The notes under the pieces were generated by a model. The model was given only the letters and a program-made list of their open reading frames with translations. It was not told the origin of the DNA and did no database searches. Below are positions 20,867-30,639 of a DNA stretch of 64,000 nucleotides, in pieces. Origin of the DNA: Candidatus Poribacteria bacterium (GTDB taxonomy: Bacteria; Poribacteria; WGA-4E; WGA-3G); assembly GCA_965242965.1 (NCBI GenBank), contig OZ251518.1, forward strand, positions 2,944,001 to 3,008,000. The letters are read 5' to 3'. The position numbers and the translations under genes were made by a program. Positions within the stretch are counted from its first letter, which is position 1. Each line of letters starts with the position of its first letter.

Positions 20867-22561
20867 TTATTGGCCAGACATCCTATCCGTGGCAAACGTG
20901 AAAAACAAGAAAGGTGCCAGTTTCGCCATCGCTTCACTCCCCGTTTCCTCCGGTGCGTGGCGGATGTCCAGCGATGTTGTCTTCTCTTGGACAACCAGGG
21001 AGGCGAAGAGCGGGGCCATCTGTCCCGTGGATGCCACTACCTCCGCGGGCATCGACGAGTTGTTCGGTGCTGATGCCCGGATAAGTGCCCCGAAGTCAAA
21101 TTGGAGACAGGCTGCGGGCGTTGCGGTGAACGCCGCGATCCGCTGCTGCAAACCACCCGATACCGGTGCCGCTAGCAAACTGTCCACCAGCGTCTGGAAC
21201 TGTTTCTCCGAAAATGCTAACAGAAAGATGTCGTCGACAGTGCCGTAGTGAAGGGAACCAGGAATATCCACGATGTTGCAGGTAACGCCGCGATAGTCCA
21301 CTTGTCGGAGCGGGTGAACGGCACATTTTTCCACAATTCCTTGGAACATCGCCTTCCATTTTTCCGGTGCATCGGGAATGAAGAGGAAGCCGACGTTGAG
21401 CTCTTCAAAATCAATGCCGACTGAGTCTAGCACGCCATCTGTTGTGTCCTTGATAACCTTGTATAATGTAGAGCGCGACCCGAGGTTGGCAAGCTCTATC
21501 GTGCAGGTGAGTTCACCGGCGAGAGCGGCTTGCAATTCGGCAGTCGGCGGAAACAGAAAGTTGCGGACTTCCGAGGGAGTCTGACTACCCAGAACGGTTT
21601 GCCAGAAGAGGGCCGCTGTCTGCGTCGGGAATGCAAGGAAAAATTCCTCTGTCCCGGCGATTCCCCGCGTGGTTTGCATCGCCGTGGTCTCCTGCAACCG
21701 AGAGATCAGCGTCTCTTTTCCCTCGGTGTTGAGGTGTCCATACAGCCGATGTCCGCCGCCGGGACGTAACAGATTCAAGGTGTATCCCAACGTGCGGAAG
21801 CCTGCGAGTTCTCGGCTAATTACCTGCGGTAGCAGGAGTTGCAGATAGGGACTTCCGCCTGTCATATCGACGAAGGCAAACACTTCGTTTGGCCCTGCCA
21901 TCTCCACCACCGAACGATACGCCGCGTTTGTGCCTATCGATGCCTGCTCGGCGCGGTAAACATCCACCACCTTCTTGAAACTGGCCGGGGTGAATCCGAC
22001 GAGGAAGAGGTCTGCGTCTAGGTTACCATAAGTGAGCTGCTGTCCACCCACCGAGGCCGTGTGATACGTGATGTCCCGATAGGTATCTTCCGCCACGTTG
22101 ACTTCGTTCCCCATGCTGGAAAGCGTTTGGGTGAGTGTCGTGAACGTCTGTTCGGCGGCGGCTGCCTTAACCGCGTTCTGGACGACGAGCCCGACGAGGA
22201 GTCCTTCTGCCCCAGCGGAAACCGTCAGCGCAACCTGGTCTTCCAGAAACGTGTTGAGGATTCCAGGAATGTCTGTGCCGGTGAACATCGGCACCATTTG
22301 CAGCATTTGGTTCATCGGTGCCCAACTAGGGCTTGCGGTGATAAACTCGGCGGCTGCCTTCCAATTCGCCGAGGTTCCCATTGCCTCGCGGCACGCAGCC
22401 AAGTTTTGGAGTTTGAGATAAAGGAAGCTATCCGCGGGGATGACATCCTCTATCGTTTTGGCATGAGAAGTGACTATCATCGCGAGGGTGAAAAGGAACG
22501 TGAAAAGGACTACGAGCCCGAATCGAATCCCTCCGTAATGACGGCGTGTTTTGTTAAACAT
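20867..22561 (-). CDS. Secreted hypothetical protein (DUF3352-like)
   Basis: Signal peptide; 'VIPADSFLYL' start and two 'YR.ITY/YRGV' beta motifs typical of this class; AAAGGAG RBS. Confidence 0.6.
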   Translation of the reverse strand: MFNKTRRHYGGIRFGLVVLFTFLFTLAMIVTSHAKTIEDVIPADSFLYLKLQNLAACREAMGTSANWKAAAEFITASPSWAPMNQMLQMVPMFTGTDIPGILNTFLEDQVALTVSAGAEGLLVGLVVQNAVKAAAAEQTFTTLTQTLSSMGNEVNVAEDTYRDITYHTASVGGQQLTYGNLDADLFLVGFTPASFKKVVDVYRAEQASIGTNAAYRSVVEMAGPNEVFAFVDMTGGSPYLQLLLPQVISRELAGFRTLGYTLNLLRPGGGHRLYGHLNTEGKETLISRLQETTAMQTTRGIAGTEEFFLAFPTQTAALFWQTVLGSQTPSEVRNFLFPPTAELQAALAGELTCTIELANLGSRSTLYKVIKDTTDGVLDSVGIDFEELNVGFLFIPDAPEKWKAMFQGIVEKCAVHPLRQVDYRGVTCNIVDIPGSLHYGTVDDIFLLAFSEKQFQTLVDSLLAAPVSGGLQQRIAAFTATPAACLQFDFGALIRASAPNNSSMPAEVVASTGQMAPLFASLVVQEKTTSLDIRHAPEETGSEAMAKLAPFLFFTFATDRMSGQ

Positions 22562-22667
22562 GGTATTTCTCCTTTTGGTGCGCGCTATTAAGGCGCGTGC
22601 TTGTCAATGAGACGTAGTGGTAGGTAACGTCAAGTTGCGGTGACGAGACGAACCAACCTCCTTAGTT

Positions 22668-24182
22668 TTAAACCTCCGAACGGACAAAGACGAGGAAGGC
22701 ACCTAATAGAAACCCTCCTAGTAATAACACGAGCAACAGGATATCCCCCACCGCCGTGTTCAACGTATCTCGGAATGTCACCTTATCCTCAAAAATCGGG
22801 ATTGCCTGCGGCGGTACCGGCTTCTCGGACATGCCTTGCGGAATGCCGATGAGGTGAAGACTGGCGGCATCGGCGCGCTCCCGTTCCTCAATGAATCCTC
22901 GGAATTGGCGGATATGCATCTGCACACTGTCAAGAAAGTGCAAGTGGCGGTTAAATCCGGTGCCCGCCATGGACTCCAAGGCATATTGGACGGTGGCGGC
23001 GGGCGAAAACCGGGTGATAGCTCTCGCTCGCAAGACTTGGGCACTTTGTGCGGCGAGATGTTCGCGGTTGAACTGCTCGCGAACCTCTACATCTTTCCTC
23101 ACAAGTTCCGCCAGCATCGGTAAATCAGCATCGTCAACCTTTGCCGCCTCGGTTTCCACCAAGGCTTGCGCTTCTGCCGGTGTCATTTTAAGCAGGCTGC
23201 CGAGGGAATACCTTGATAGCAACTGTTTTTCAAATCGTTCCTGCATCTGTTTGATGGGTGCGTCTATTGCCTGCGCCAGTGCCGCCGCTTTTGCCTTATT
23301 GAATTGGTGTTGTGTTTGGACAGGCGACATCCATTTGGCTGCGAGCGTCCCGAGTGTGGACGGCATAAACACGACTATGGTAACCCAGATTAACAACAGC
23401 AGAATGAGCGTTAGTCGGCTCTCGCGAGTTGCGGCGGAGACGATGAGCCCAACGGCACAGAAGATGCCGGCATAGCACGATGCAATGAGCACGATGAGTC
23501 CCAATCTGCCCCACGCGGCCGTATCCAAATGCGTCCAAGTATCTGTGGAGAGAATCGCTAAGTTGAGCAACACGGCGAAACAGAACGGGAGCAACACGGC
23601 GAGGAGGGCCCCGATGAATTTGCCGAGCAAGAGCGCGTGGCGGGAAATGGGGTTCGCGAGACATAGGCGCAGCGTCCCCTGCTCGCGCTCACCCGAAAGC
23701 GCGTCAAACGTAAACAGGATCGGGAGAAACGAAAGCAGATAGGTGATGATAAACACCCAATCTATCTTCGTCGCTGTCGGACGCAAACTGCTCATTGATC
23801 CCAAGTTGAGATAGGGATATCCCAACCACCAAACGCTTTTTAACGATTTGCCCGGGGACGTTGTCTTTGTCCAAGAACCGCCGCTCCCGAGCTGACTCGG
23901 CAGCAATGCCTCACCGCCATCAGCGATGAAGGCGAGAGGTGAGGGCCGTTTGTGAAAATCGCCCGGTCCCTTTTGCAGCAAGAGATAGAGCTGCGTCCGT
24001 GACTTCACTGCGTTGCGCGCAGCGGTGACGTTTTTGGAATACTGCCGGACCCGGCCCGGATACCGCCCCAGATGCACCACGGCGTTCGTCACCATGAGTG
24101 CCACCAAGATAAGCGTGGTTAAGGCGAAACGCAGGCTGTTGATATGGTCAAAGAATTCGCGAGTGATAATGTGCCAAATCAT
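22668..24182 (-). CDS. ABC-2 type permease (type B)
   Basis: MIWHIITRE, FDALSGEREQGTLRL; paralog of 17231-18676. Confidence 0.88.
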   Translation of the reverse strand: MIWHIITREFFDHINSLRFALTTLILVALMVTNAVVHLGRYPGRVRQYSKNVTAARNAVKSRTQLYLLLQKGPGDFHKRPSPLAFIADGGEALLPSQLGSGGSWTKTTSPGKSLKSVWWLGYPYLNLGSMSSLRPTATKIDWVFIITYLLSFLPILFTFDALSGEREQGTLRLCLANPISRHALLLGKFIGALLAVLLPFCFAVLLNLAILSTDTWTHLDTAAWGRLGLIVLIASCYAGIFCAVGLIVSAATRESRLTLILLLLIWVTIVVFMPSTLGTLAAKWMSPVQTQHQFNKAKAAALAQAIDAPIKQMQERFEKQLLSRYSLGSLLKMTPAEAQALVETEAAKVDDADLPMLAELVRKDVEVREQFNREHLAAQSAQVLRARAITRFSPAATVQYALESMAGTGFNRHLHFLDSVQMHIRQFRGFIEERERADAASLHLIGIPQGMSEKPVPPQAIPIFEDKVTFRDTLNTAVGDILLLVLLLGGFLLGAFLVFVRSEV

Positions 24183-24324
24183 TTTTTCGTATTTCCTTCG
24201 GTGGTTTGACGTTTCTTCCATGCTAGGCATGCCAGTAGGAGAGACCTCCTGGTCTCGATGTAGTCTTGCCTCCTGGTCTCGATGCAGTCTTGCTCCCATC
24301 GGACACTTTGCGAACGCCGAAACA

Positions 24325-25806
24325 CTAAACCTCCATTTTGACAAAGATGAGAAATGTCCCCATGAACAAGCCGACATTGATTAACAATAGCACCAGCAGT
24401 TCCGGTAGGGCGCGCTGCGCATAGACACCCACCGCGGCTTGCTGAAAGCGGAAAGGCGGCAGATCTGACCAGGTGACTGGCCCGTCATTCGTGGCAAACC
24501 ATTGTCGACTGCCGAACGCCTCTTTATCTTGAAGATAGGTGATGAAGGAACGCCGGTATCGCCGCGCCGCACGGAGATAATCCACTATTCCGTCCACATC
24601 GGTGCCGGCCCATGCCGCCGTGGCAAAGGTGTAGAGACTTGCAGGACTCAGCTTCATGAGGCGTTCATCCCACTTCGCTTGGCGCAGATAGGTTTCTGCC
24701 ACCATCTGCTGTCTCACTAAGCCTGTCTTCTCAGCGAGACGCATTTGCACCTGGCACATGAATTCATGATACTGTTGGAGATGCGGCACAAGCGGGTGAG
24801 CGGTGTTTCGCAATGTGCTGATGAGCTGGTCTGCTCCGTGTCCATCATACATCCGCCGATTTTCGCTGAAGTCAATATTAAACCACGGCGGCTTGCCTGT
24901 CAGAGGGCTGTTGGCGAGGAACCGGCGTTCCTCTCGTTCTTTCTCTTCCCGAATTTGATTTATCTGTTGATAGGCGGCGGTGCGGCGGGCACTCGTGTCG
25001 CCAATCGGTTCGATAGCAAACCGACTCCAGTTCGGATAGACTAGGACTAAAACTACCCATGCGAACATGCAAAGGATGAGCGATGTCGCAGCGCGGCGCG
25101 TCGTCGTGGAAATGAGTAACCCGAGCAGGTAGAACCCCGACAGATAAACCACTGTCGTCACCACGATGCCGCCGATACGGAGAAACTCGCCCGAACCGAG
25201 TTGCAGCGAGGGAGAAAGCGTGCACTGAATCAGCACCAGCAGCAGACTCATCAGCAGTGGCAGCAGCAGGCAGACCATGGCGGCCAGATATTTCGCAAAT
25301 AAGACGGCCCCGCGCCCGATAGGATGCGAGAGCACCAGCCGCAAGGTGCCGGCTTCCGCATCGCCGGCAATTGCATCATAAGCGAAAAGCAGCGCAAGCA
25401 GGCTCAACACGACTTGGAACAGAAACACCAGATCGATGTGCGAAAAGAGGGTTAGATACGGGTTCTTTGAGCTGAGCGGCGCGCCCGAGCTTAAAAGGGA
25501 CGGCACCTGCTCATGGAAGATGCTAATGGTGCTACCATACCGCGTGTCCAACCCCGCGCTAAAGAGACTCAGCGGGTTCGGGGGCCGGACTACTGCCAGC
25601 CTTAAAGATGAGTAGGTGGGTGCTTCGGCGATTTTCTCGCGTATCACCGCTTCGCGCTGGCTATAGTTTGCGAGCCGCTCTTCATACGCACCGAGCAACA
25701 CAAACATATTGGCAACGACGAGCAGCACGGTAATCACCACGGCAGCGAAAAACCGCGCACTCATCAAATGCACGAGCAACTCTTGACGTATCAGTGTGCG
25801 TAGCAT
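24325..25806 (-). CDS. ABC-2 type permease (type A)
   Basis: LIRQE, PPNPLSLF, YDAIAGDAEAGTLRL; paralog of 18770-20317. Confidence 0.88.
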   Translation of the reverse strand: MLRTLIRQELLVHLMSARFFAAVVITVLLVVANMFVLLGAYEERLANYSQREAVIREKIAEAPTYSSLRLAVVRPPNPLSLFSAGLDTRYGSTISIFHEQVPSLLSSGAPLSSKNPYLTLFSHIDLVFLFQVVLSLLALLFAYDAIAGDAEAGTLRLVLSHPIGRGAVLFAKYLAAMVCLLLPLLMSLLLVLIQCTLSPSLQLGSGEFLRIGGIVVTTVVYLSGFYLLGLLISTTTRRAATSLILCMFAWVVLVLVYPNWSRFAIEPIGDTSARRTAAYQQINQIREEKEREERRFLANSPLTGKPPWFNIDFSENRRMYDGHGADQLISTLRNTAHPLVPHLQQYHEFMCQVQMRLAEKTGLVRQQMVAETYLRQAKWDERLMKLSPASLYTFATAAWAGTDVDGIVDYLRAARRYRRSFITYLQDKEAFGSRQWFATNDGPVTWSDLPPFRFQQAAVGVYAQRALPELLVLLLINVGLFMGTFLIFVKMEV

Positions 25807-26284
25807 GATGGATTCCTCCGTGCCGGTAGGCGCAATTGAAAACCGATCGCGCCTATCGGGTTCGTTCTGCGTAAATCCTCATCGAATGTTCGGTTTACTT
25901 GAATAGAGTCAGTTGAACCGAAAAAGGATAGTGAAGAAAAATAGAGTTTGGACAATTTCAGGGGTAACCTCTCTGCGCGGCAGAAGTTGCCGCCTTTCTG
26001 CAACAGAAATAGCCCGCGACGCGCGCGGGAGGGAAGAGATAACGCCGATGCAGCATCGATGCTGCCGAGTTTTTGAAGGTTAACACTTGTAGGGTAAGGG
26101 GGGGGTCTTCGGGGAGTAGGAAATCCGTGATGGCGCGACGAAGGATCTTGACGCGCACGAGAGGTGCGGCATCACGCCGGATTCGTTTTTGGCAATAGCA
26201 TTGAGTCGTCGCAGATTCACGGTGTTTTCCCCTATTCAGTAAGGTGTGCGGATGTGGTTTTTCTCAACATTTAAACCAAATTTT

Positions 26285-26313
26285 ATTTTAACTTAATTGC
26301 GAATTTTTGTCAA
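26285..26313 (-). promoter_or_regulatory. Sigma70-type promoter, copy 1
   Basis: TTGACA-17-TAAAAT on the minus strand, pointing into the ABC cluster. Confidence 0.7.
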
Positions 26314-26412
26314 GTTTTTTTCGTGAAGTTCAGAGCGATTCAGTTTTCCTCGGTAGGAGAGACCTCTTGGTCTTGACTCGCCTCGGTAGGAGAGCCCGCT
26401 AAACCAAGTTTT

Positions 26413-26442
26413 ATTTTATCTTAATTGTCGGATTTTTGTCAA
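26413..26442 (-). promoter_or_regulatory. Sigma70-type promoter, copy 2
   Basis: TTGACA-18-TAAAAT; flanks homologous to copy 1. Confidence 0.6.
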
Positions 26443-26503
26443 GTTTTTTCGTGAAGTCTCGATTTCCGGTGGGAGAGCCCTCCCGGTCTCGATGCAATTC
26501 AGT

Positions 26504-26782
26504 GAACGTGTTTCATAACTTGCTCAACGTCGCAACTGATGAGGGATTTCTGCTGGCTTTAGGTCTGTAGGACCTGAAGAGCCGTTTTTTCAAAAGCGAT
26601 TTCGCCGCTGCGAATGAACACCGCCGTTTTTCCGTAGCGCGGGGGCCTGTCCCCCGCGATCTTCCGGTAGATCGCAGCATGGCGAGGGACAGGCCCTCGC
26701 CCTACGGTAAGCGAGGCCGTTCTGGATACCGTAGCGCGGGGCCTGTCCCCCGCGACGTTGAGCGATTTATGAAACTCCCTCA
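26504..26782. mobile_element. MITE-like TIR-bounded REP cassette
   Basis: GTGTTTCATAACTTGCTCAACGTCGC ... GCGACGTTGAGCGATTTATGAAACTCCCTCA. Confidence 0.65.
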
Positions 26783-26810
26783 TTTTATATTAATTCCTGA
26801 TTTTTGTCAA
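26782..26810 (-). promoter_or_regulatory. Sigma70-type promoter, copy 3
   Basis: TTGACA-17-TAAAAT; spacer similar to copies 1 and 2. Confidence 0.6.
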
Positions 26811-26848
26811 GTTTTTCCTGACAATCATCACATCTCTCCAAAAGCGCG

Positions 26849-27259
26849 TTACATTCCCAAAAGTTCCGCCTTGTATGCCTCAACAATCGCATCCAAAACG
26901 GCTTCCGGAATCTCTTCCAGTTGCGCCGCTAATTCCTCCTCAACATTTACCATGAGGCTGTGATCGAACGTTTCACGTTCCTCGCATGCGTCAAAGAATT
27001 CGCCGTGTGCTTCCAACATGCGTGCCAAGCGTGCCGGGGTCAAACCTGCTGAGATGCCGTGCAGGTCCCACGCGGTGCCTCGGTAGCCTTTCTCATAATC
27101 TGCGCCGAGGTGTTGCTGCGCGATTGCCTCGCGTTGCGCGCCGTCCGCGCCGCTGGTTTCTATCGCTTCCGCCGCGGCGATGGCGCGGGCATCTAATTCT
27201 ATCTGGAAGGCGGTGGAGGCATCTGCCGCCGCCACGGGGTAAATTTTGTAGGTGTTCAT
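26849..27259 (-). CDS. Hypothetical acidic protein
   Basis: 136-aa ORF, protein-like composition, non-repeat sequence. Confidence 0.7.
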   Translation of the reverse strand: MNTYKIYPVAAADASTAFQIELDARAIAAAEAIETSGADGAQREAIAQQHLGADYEKGYRGTAWDLHGISAGLTPARLARMLEAHGEFFDACEERETFDHSLMVNVEEELAAQLEEIPEAVLDAIVEAYKAELLGM

Positions 27260-27279
27260 TTTGTGTATTTCTCAATCAG

Positions 27280-27455
27280 CGTTCGCGGGGGCCTATCCCC
27301 CGCGCTACGGTGAGGGGAGTGTCTCGCGGTTCGTAGGGCGAGGGCCTGTCCCTCGCCGTGCAACGATCGCGGGGGACAGGCCCCCGCGCTACGGTTCTGG
27401 TGCGGGTCTGGGAGGTCTCTCCTATTGCATCGAGACCGGGAGGTCTCTCCTACCA
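27280..27455. repeat. REP-like cluster
   Basis: GTAG palindrome units. Confidence 0.85.
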
Positions 27456-27467
27456 GGTCCGCGCTTC

Positions 27468-28250
27468 TTATACTACTGCGGAGAGCCCACCGTCAATATT
27501 AATCGCGGTGCCGGTGATGAACGCCGCGCAATCTGAAACCAGAAAGGCGACTAAATTGCCGACTTCCTCTGGTTCGCCTAGCCGTCCGAGTGGATGTTCC
27601 GCGCCGCGCTCGTTCCAATACGCCGCTAGCGTTCCCGGTGAACCCGCCGCCTTCCACGCGCGTTCTCCCTGCGCGCTCTTAATAGAGGTGAGACACACGG
27701 TGTTTACCAAGATCTTGTGCGGTAAAAGTTCTTTGGAGAGTGCCTTCGTTAACGCGATGCCTGCCGCCCGACTGACAGAAGTGGGGACTGAAACTGCTCC
27801 CGGCTGTTTGCCGCCCGGATGTGTGATGTTGATGATACGGCCGCTACCGTTCGCTTTCATGTGCGGGATGACTAAGCGCGAGCAGCGCACCGCGCCCATC
27901 AACTTCAAATCCAGATCGGCGTACCATTCTGCGTCGCTAGTCGCTTCAAACGCGCCTGCTGCTGAACGTCCGGCGTTGTTGACTAGGATGTCGATCTTGC
28001 CAAAATGCGAGGCGGTTTGTCCGATAAAATGCTGTAGCGTTTCAGGCGCGGTTACGTCTGCAGGGATTGCGAGGACTTCGCTGCTGGTTTGCGCTTGGAT
28101 TGCCGCTGCGGCATCCGTTAAAACTTCCTCGCGTCTTGCACAGATGGCGATGTTCGCGCCTTCGGCGGCGAGGCGCGTCGCGATACCTTTGCCAATTCCT
28201 TCGCTGCCGCCGGTAATCACGGCGACTTTTCCGCTTAATCCGAGTTCCAT
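27468..28250 (-). CDS. Short-chain dehydrogenase/reductase
   Basis: TGGSEGIG, LVNNAG, IDGG; catalytic Tyr apparently absent (atypical subgroup); AGGAGG RBS. Confidence 0.9.
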   Translation of the reverse strand: MELGLSGKVAVITGGSEGIGKGIATRLAAEGANIAICARREEVLTDAAAAIQAQTSSEVLAIPADVTAPETLQHFIGQTASHFGKIDILVNNAGRSAAGAFEATSDAEWYADLDLKLMGAVRCSRLVIPHMKANGSGRIINITHPGGKQPGAVSVPTSVSRAAGIALTKALSKELLPHKILVNTVCLTSIKSAQGERAWKAAGSPGTLAAYWNERGAEHPLGRLGEPEEVGNLVAFLVSDCAAFITGTAINIDGGLSAVV

Positions 28251-28319
28251 TGATGATTTCCTCCTATAAACATTTGACCCAAAGGGGTTTTATATCCAAG
28301 TGCAAACTGAAACCTAAAT

Positions 28320-28817
28320 TGAGGGTGTTTTATAACTCCGTTTCGGTATTTATCCCGCCTTGGAGGGCGGGCGAATACCGGCAGGCATCGGGCCCTTCTC
28401 TGTAGTTTGTGATCGCCTGATCACAAACGGGTCAGGATCAGGCGATCCTGACCTACAGGGGTGATGTGGTCTGACACCAAAACGCTTGGCGAGGGCTTGT
28501 TCCTCGCCATGCTTGCTTGCCGCTTTCACCGTAGGGCGAGGGCCTGTCCCTCGCCATGCCTAAGGTCTGTAAGACCTTAATGTCTATAGCAGCCTTAATA
28601 AAAAAAACGCGCGGCGTGTCAAAAACTATTAAGGACTTAAAGGACCTTAGGATTCTTCGCAGGCACGCGTGCTATAGACATTAAGGTCCTACGGACCTAA
28701 GAGACGTTTTTTTAAGGGGGCTTTCTGCCGCCGCGCCCCCGGTAGGCGCGCCGTCCTATTGCATCGAGACCAGGAGGTCTCTCCTACCGGGATCCATCGA
28801 GTTATGAAACACCCTCA
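28320..28817. mobile_element. MITE-like TIR-bounded REP cassette containing the nested-IR element
   Basis: TGAGGGTGTTTTATAACTC ... GAGTTATGAAACACCCTCA (19-bp TIR, 1 mismatch); ATT flanks the GAGGG..CCCTC core on both sides. Confidence 0.75.
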
Positions 28818-30440
28818 TTTAATTACAGAGAGTTGGATATTAATCGCCTGCGGTACTGCATTAAGCACATCGCTGGCTATCAATCCGTGCATGCCCGAGG
28901 CTTCAGCGGCGATGTCACCCGCCAAGCCGTGAAGATAACTGCCAAGCACCGCCGCCCTTTCGCCTGACAACCCCTGCGCCATCAAACCTGCGATGATGCC
29001 GGTGAGGATATCTCCCATGCCAGCTGTCGCCATGCCGGGGTTACCCGTTGGATTTATCCACGTGCTGCCGTCAGCGTGCGCGGTGACGGTAGGCGCGCCT
29101 TTAAGCAGAAGCGTCACACCCCATTCCTGTGCAAATTGCTGTGCCGTGCCAATCCGGTCTGCCTCTATTTCTGGGATAGTTGTTCCTATTAGACGCGCCA
29201 TCTCGCCCGGATGCGGTGTAAGGACGATGTCAGCATTTGAGCGAGCGCGAGGGACAAGAGTGGGCGGCCGCGCTACGTTCGTTTGTGCTAGCGCGTTCAA
29301 CCCATCTGCGTCAATGACTATACCCAATCCCGATTTCGCATGGACTAAGCGATGAACCAACGCCGCGGTCCCCGGATGTTGTGATAACCCCGGCCCGATA
29401 GCCATCACCGATTTCGTTTTTTCCGCAAATTCGAGGATGGATTCGGCGGCGGACTCCGCCAAACTACCCGCCTCCGTTTCGGGCAATGGCAACGTCATCA
29501 CTTCAGACAACTTCACCTCTAAAATCGGGTTCAAACTTTTCGGAATTGCGAGCGTGACGATGCCCGCGCCGATGCGCAAGGCGGCCTCACTTGCCAAAGC
29601 CGCCGCGCCTGTCATCCCCGTTGAACCGGCGACGACGAGGACGCGGCCATAACTCCCTTTATGCGATGCCCGCGGCCGAGGTGGCAGCCAAGATGCCGCA
29701 TCCTGCGCTGTTGTCCAATTCACACCGATATTTTGCGCGTCAACAACCGATTTGGGAAAACCGATGTCCGCAACTTCTAGTTGTCCTGCGAACTCGGCAC
29801 CGGGGTGCAACAACAGCCCGCGCTTCGGCAGCCCGATTGTTACCGTTTTGTCTGCGCGGATACACGCGCCCAGCGGCTGCCCAGTATCGGCATCCAGTCC
29901 GGAAGGTAAATCAACGGCGATGACAGGCACGGAGAGGCGATTGATGTCCTCAATCACAGCCGCAATCTCCCCGACAACCGGGCGGCGGAGTCCCGTGCCG
30001 AAAATCGCATCGACAAACAGTTCACATTGCGCGTGGCAAGGGACAGGCCCTCGCGCTACGGTATGCAGCGCGGTTGTCTGTGTCCGGGAAATGGTTCCTA
30101 CCAGCTCTGTTAGGATTTCCTCCATCGGCAATCCTAAATTCCGGGCAATGTGGAGGTTCGTTGCTGCGTCGCCGGTAAAACTTTCCGCGGGAGAGACGAG
30201 GAAGATATGCACATCGCGACCGGCATGCGCCAACTGCCTCGCGATGACGAGCCCATCGCCGCCGTTATTCCCCTTGCCGACAAAGATGCCGATGCGCCGG
30301 CAGTCAGGATAGTCGCGTTGGATGGAACGGACGATGGCACTCCCGGCGGTTTCCATCAGGACGATGCCGGGAATGCCGATGCGTTCTATCGTATCGCTGT
30401 CGATCTGGCGCATTTCCGCCGCTGTGACAATCTTCATCAT
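28815..30440 (-). CDS. nnr: Bifunctional NAD(P)H-hydrate epimerase/dehydratase (NnrE-NnrD)
   Basis: LMETAG, GKGNNGGDG, DAIFGTG, HKGSYG, IGPGL, DADGLN, TPHPGE, GMGDILTG. Confidence 0.95.
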   Translation of the reverse strand: MMKIVTAAEMRQIDSDTIERIGIPGIVLMETAGSAIVRSIQRDYPDCRRIGIFVGKGNNGGDGLVIARQLAHAGRDVHIFLVSPAESFTGDAATNLHIARNLGLPMEEILTELVGTISRTQTTALHTVARGPVPCHAQCELFVDAIFGTGLRRPVVGEIAAVIEDINRLSVPVIAVDLPSGLDADTGQPLGACIRADKTVTIGLPKRGLLLHPGAEFAGQLEVADIGFPKSVVDAQNIGVNWTTAQDAASWLPPRPRASHKGSYGRVLVVAGSTGMTGAAALASEAALRIGAGIVTLAIPKSLNPILEVKLSEVMTLPLPETEAGSLAESAAESILEFAEKTKSVMAIGPGLSQHPGTAALVHRLVHAKSGLGIVIDADGLNALAQTNVARPPTLVPRARSNADIVLTPHPGEMARLIGTTIPEIEADRIGTAQQFAQEWGVTLLLKGAPTVTAHADGSTWINPTGNPGMATAGMGDILTGIIAGLMAQGLSGERAAVLGSYLHGLAGDIAAEASGMHGLIASDVLNAVPQAINIQLSVIK

Positions 30441-30477
30441 AATAACCGTTTCCCGAGCAGGATTTCCACGATATAAC

Positions 30478-30630
30478 CGTAGCGCGGGGGCCTGTCCCCC
30501 GCGATCGTTCGCTTCTCCGTAGCGCGGGGGCCTGTCCCCCGCGATCGTTTCCTTTTCCGAGCAGGATTTCCACGATTTCCAAGTTCTGTAGTTTGTGATC
30601 GCCTGATCACAAAGCCTGTCCCCCGCTAAC
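30478..30630. repeat. REP-like cluster
   Basis: Two CGTAGCGCGGGGGCCTGTCCCCCGCGATCGTT units and a GTAGTTTGTGATC.. unit. Confidence 0.85.
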
Positions 30631-30639
30631 GCGGTGACA

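Noticed and set aside
27358-28269. 303-aa plus-strand ORF and similar long antisense ORFs (39706-40500, 58790-59551, 60170-60940)
   Set aside because: Shadow frames of well-supported opposite-strand genes in GC-rich DNA.
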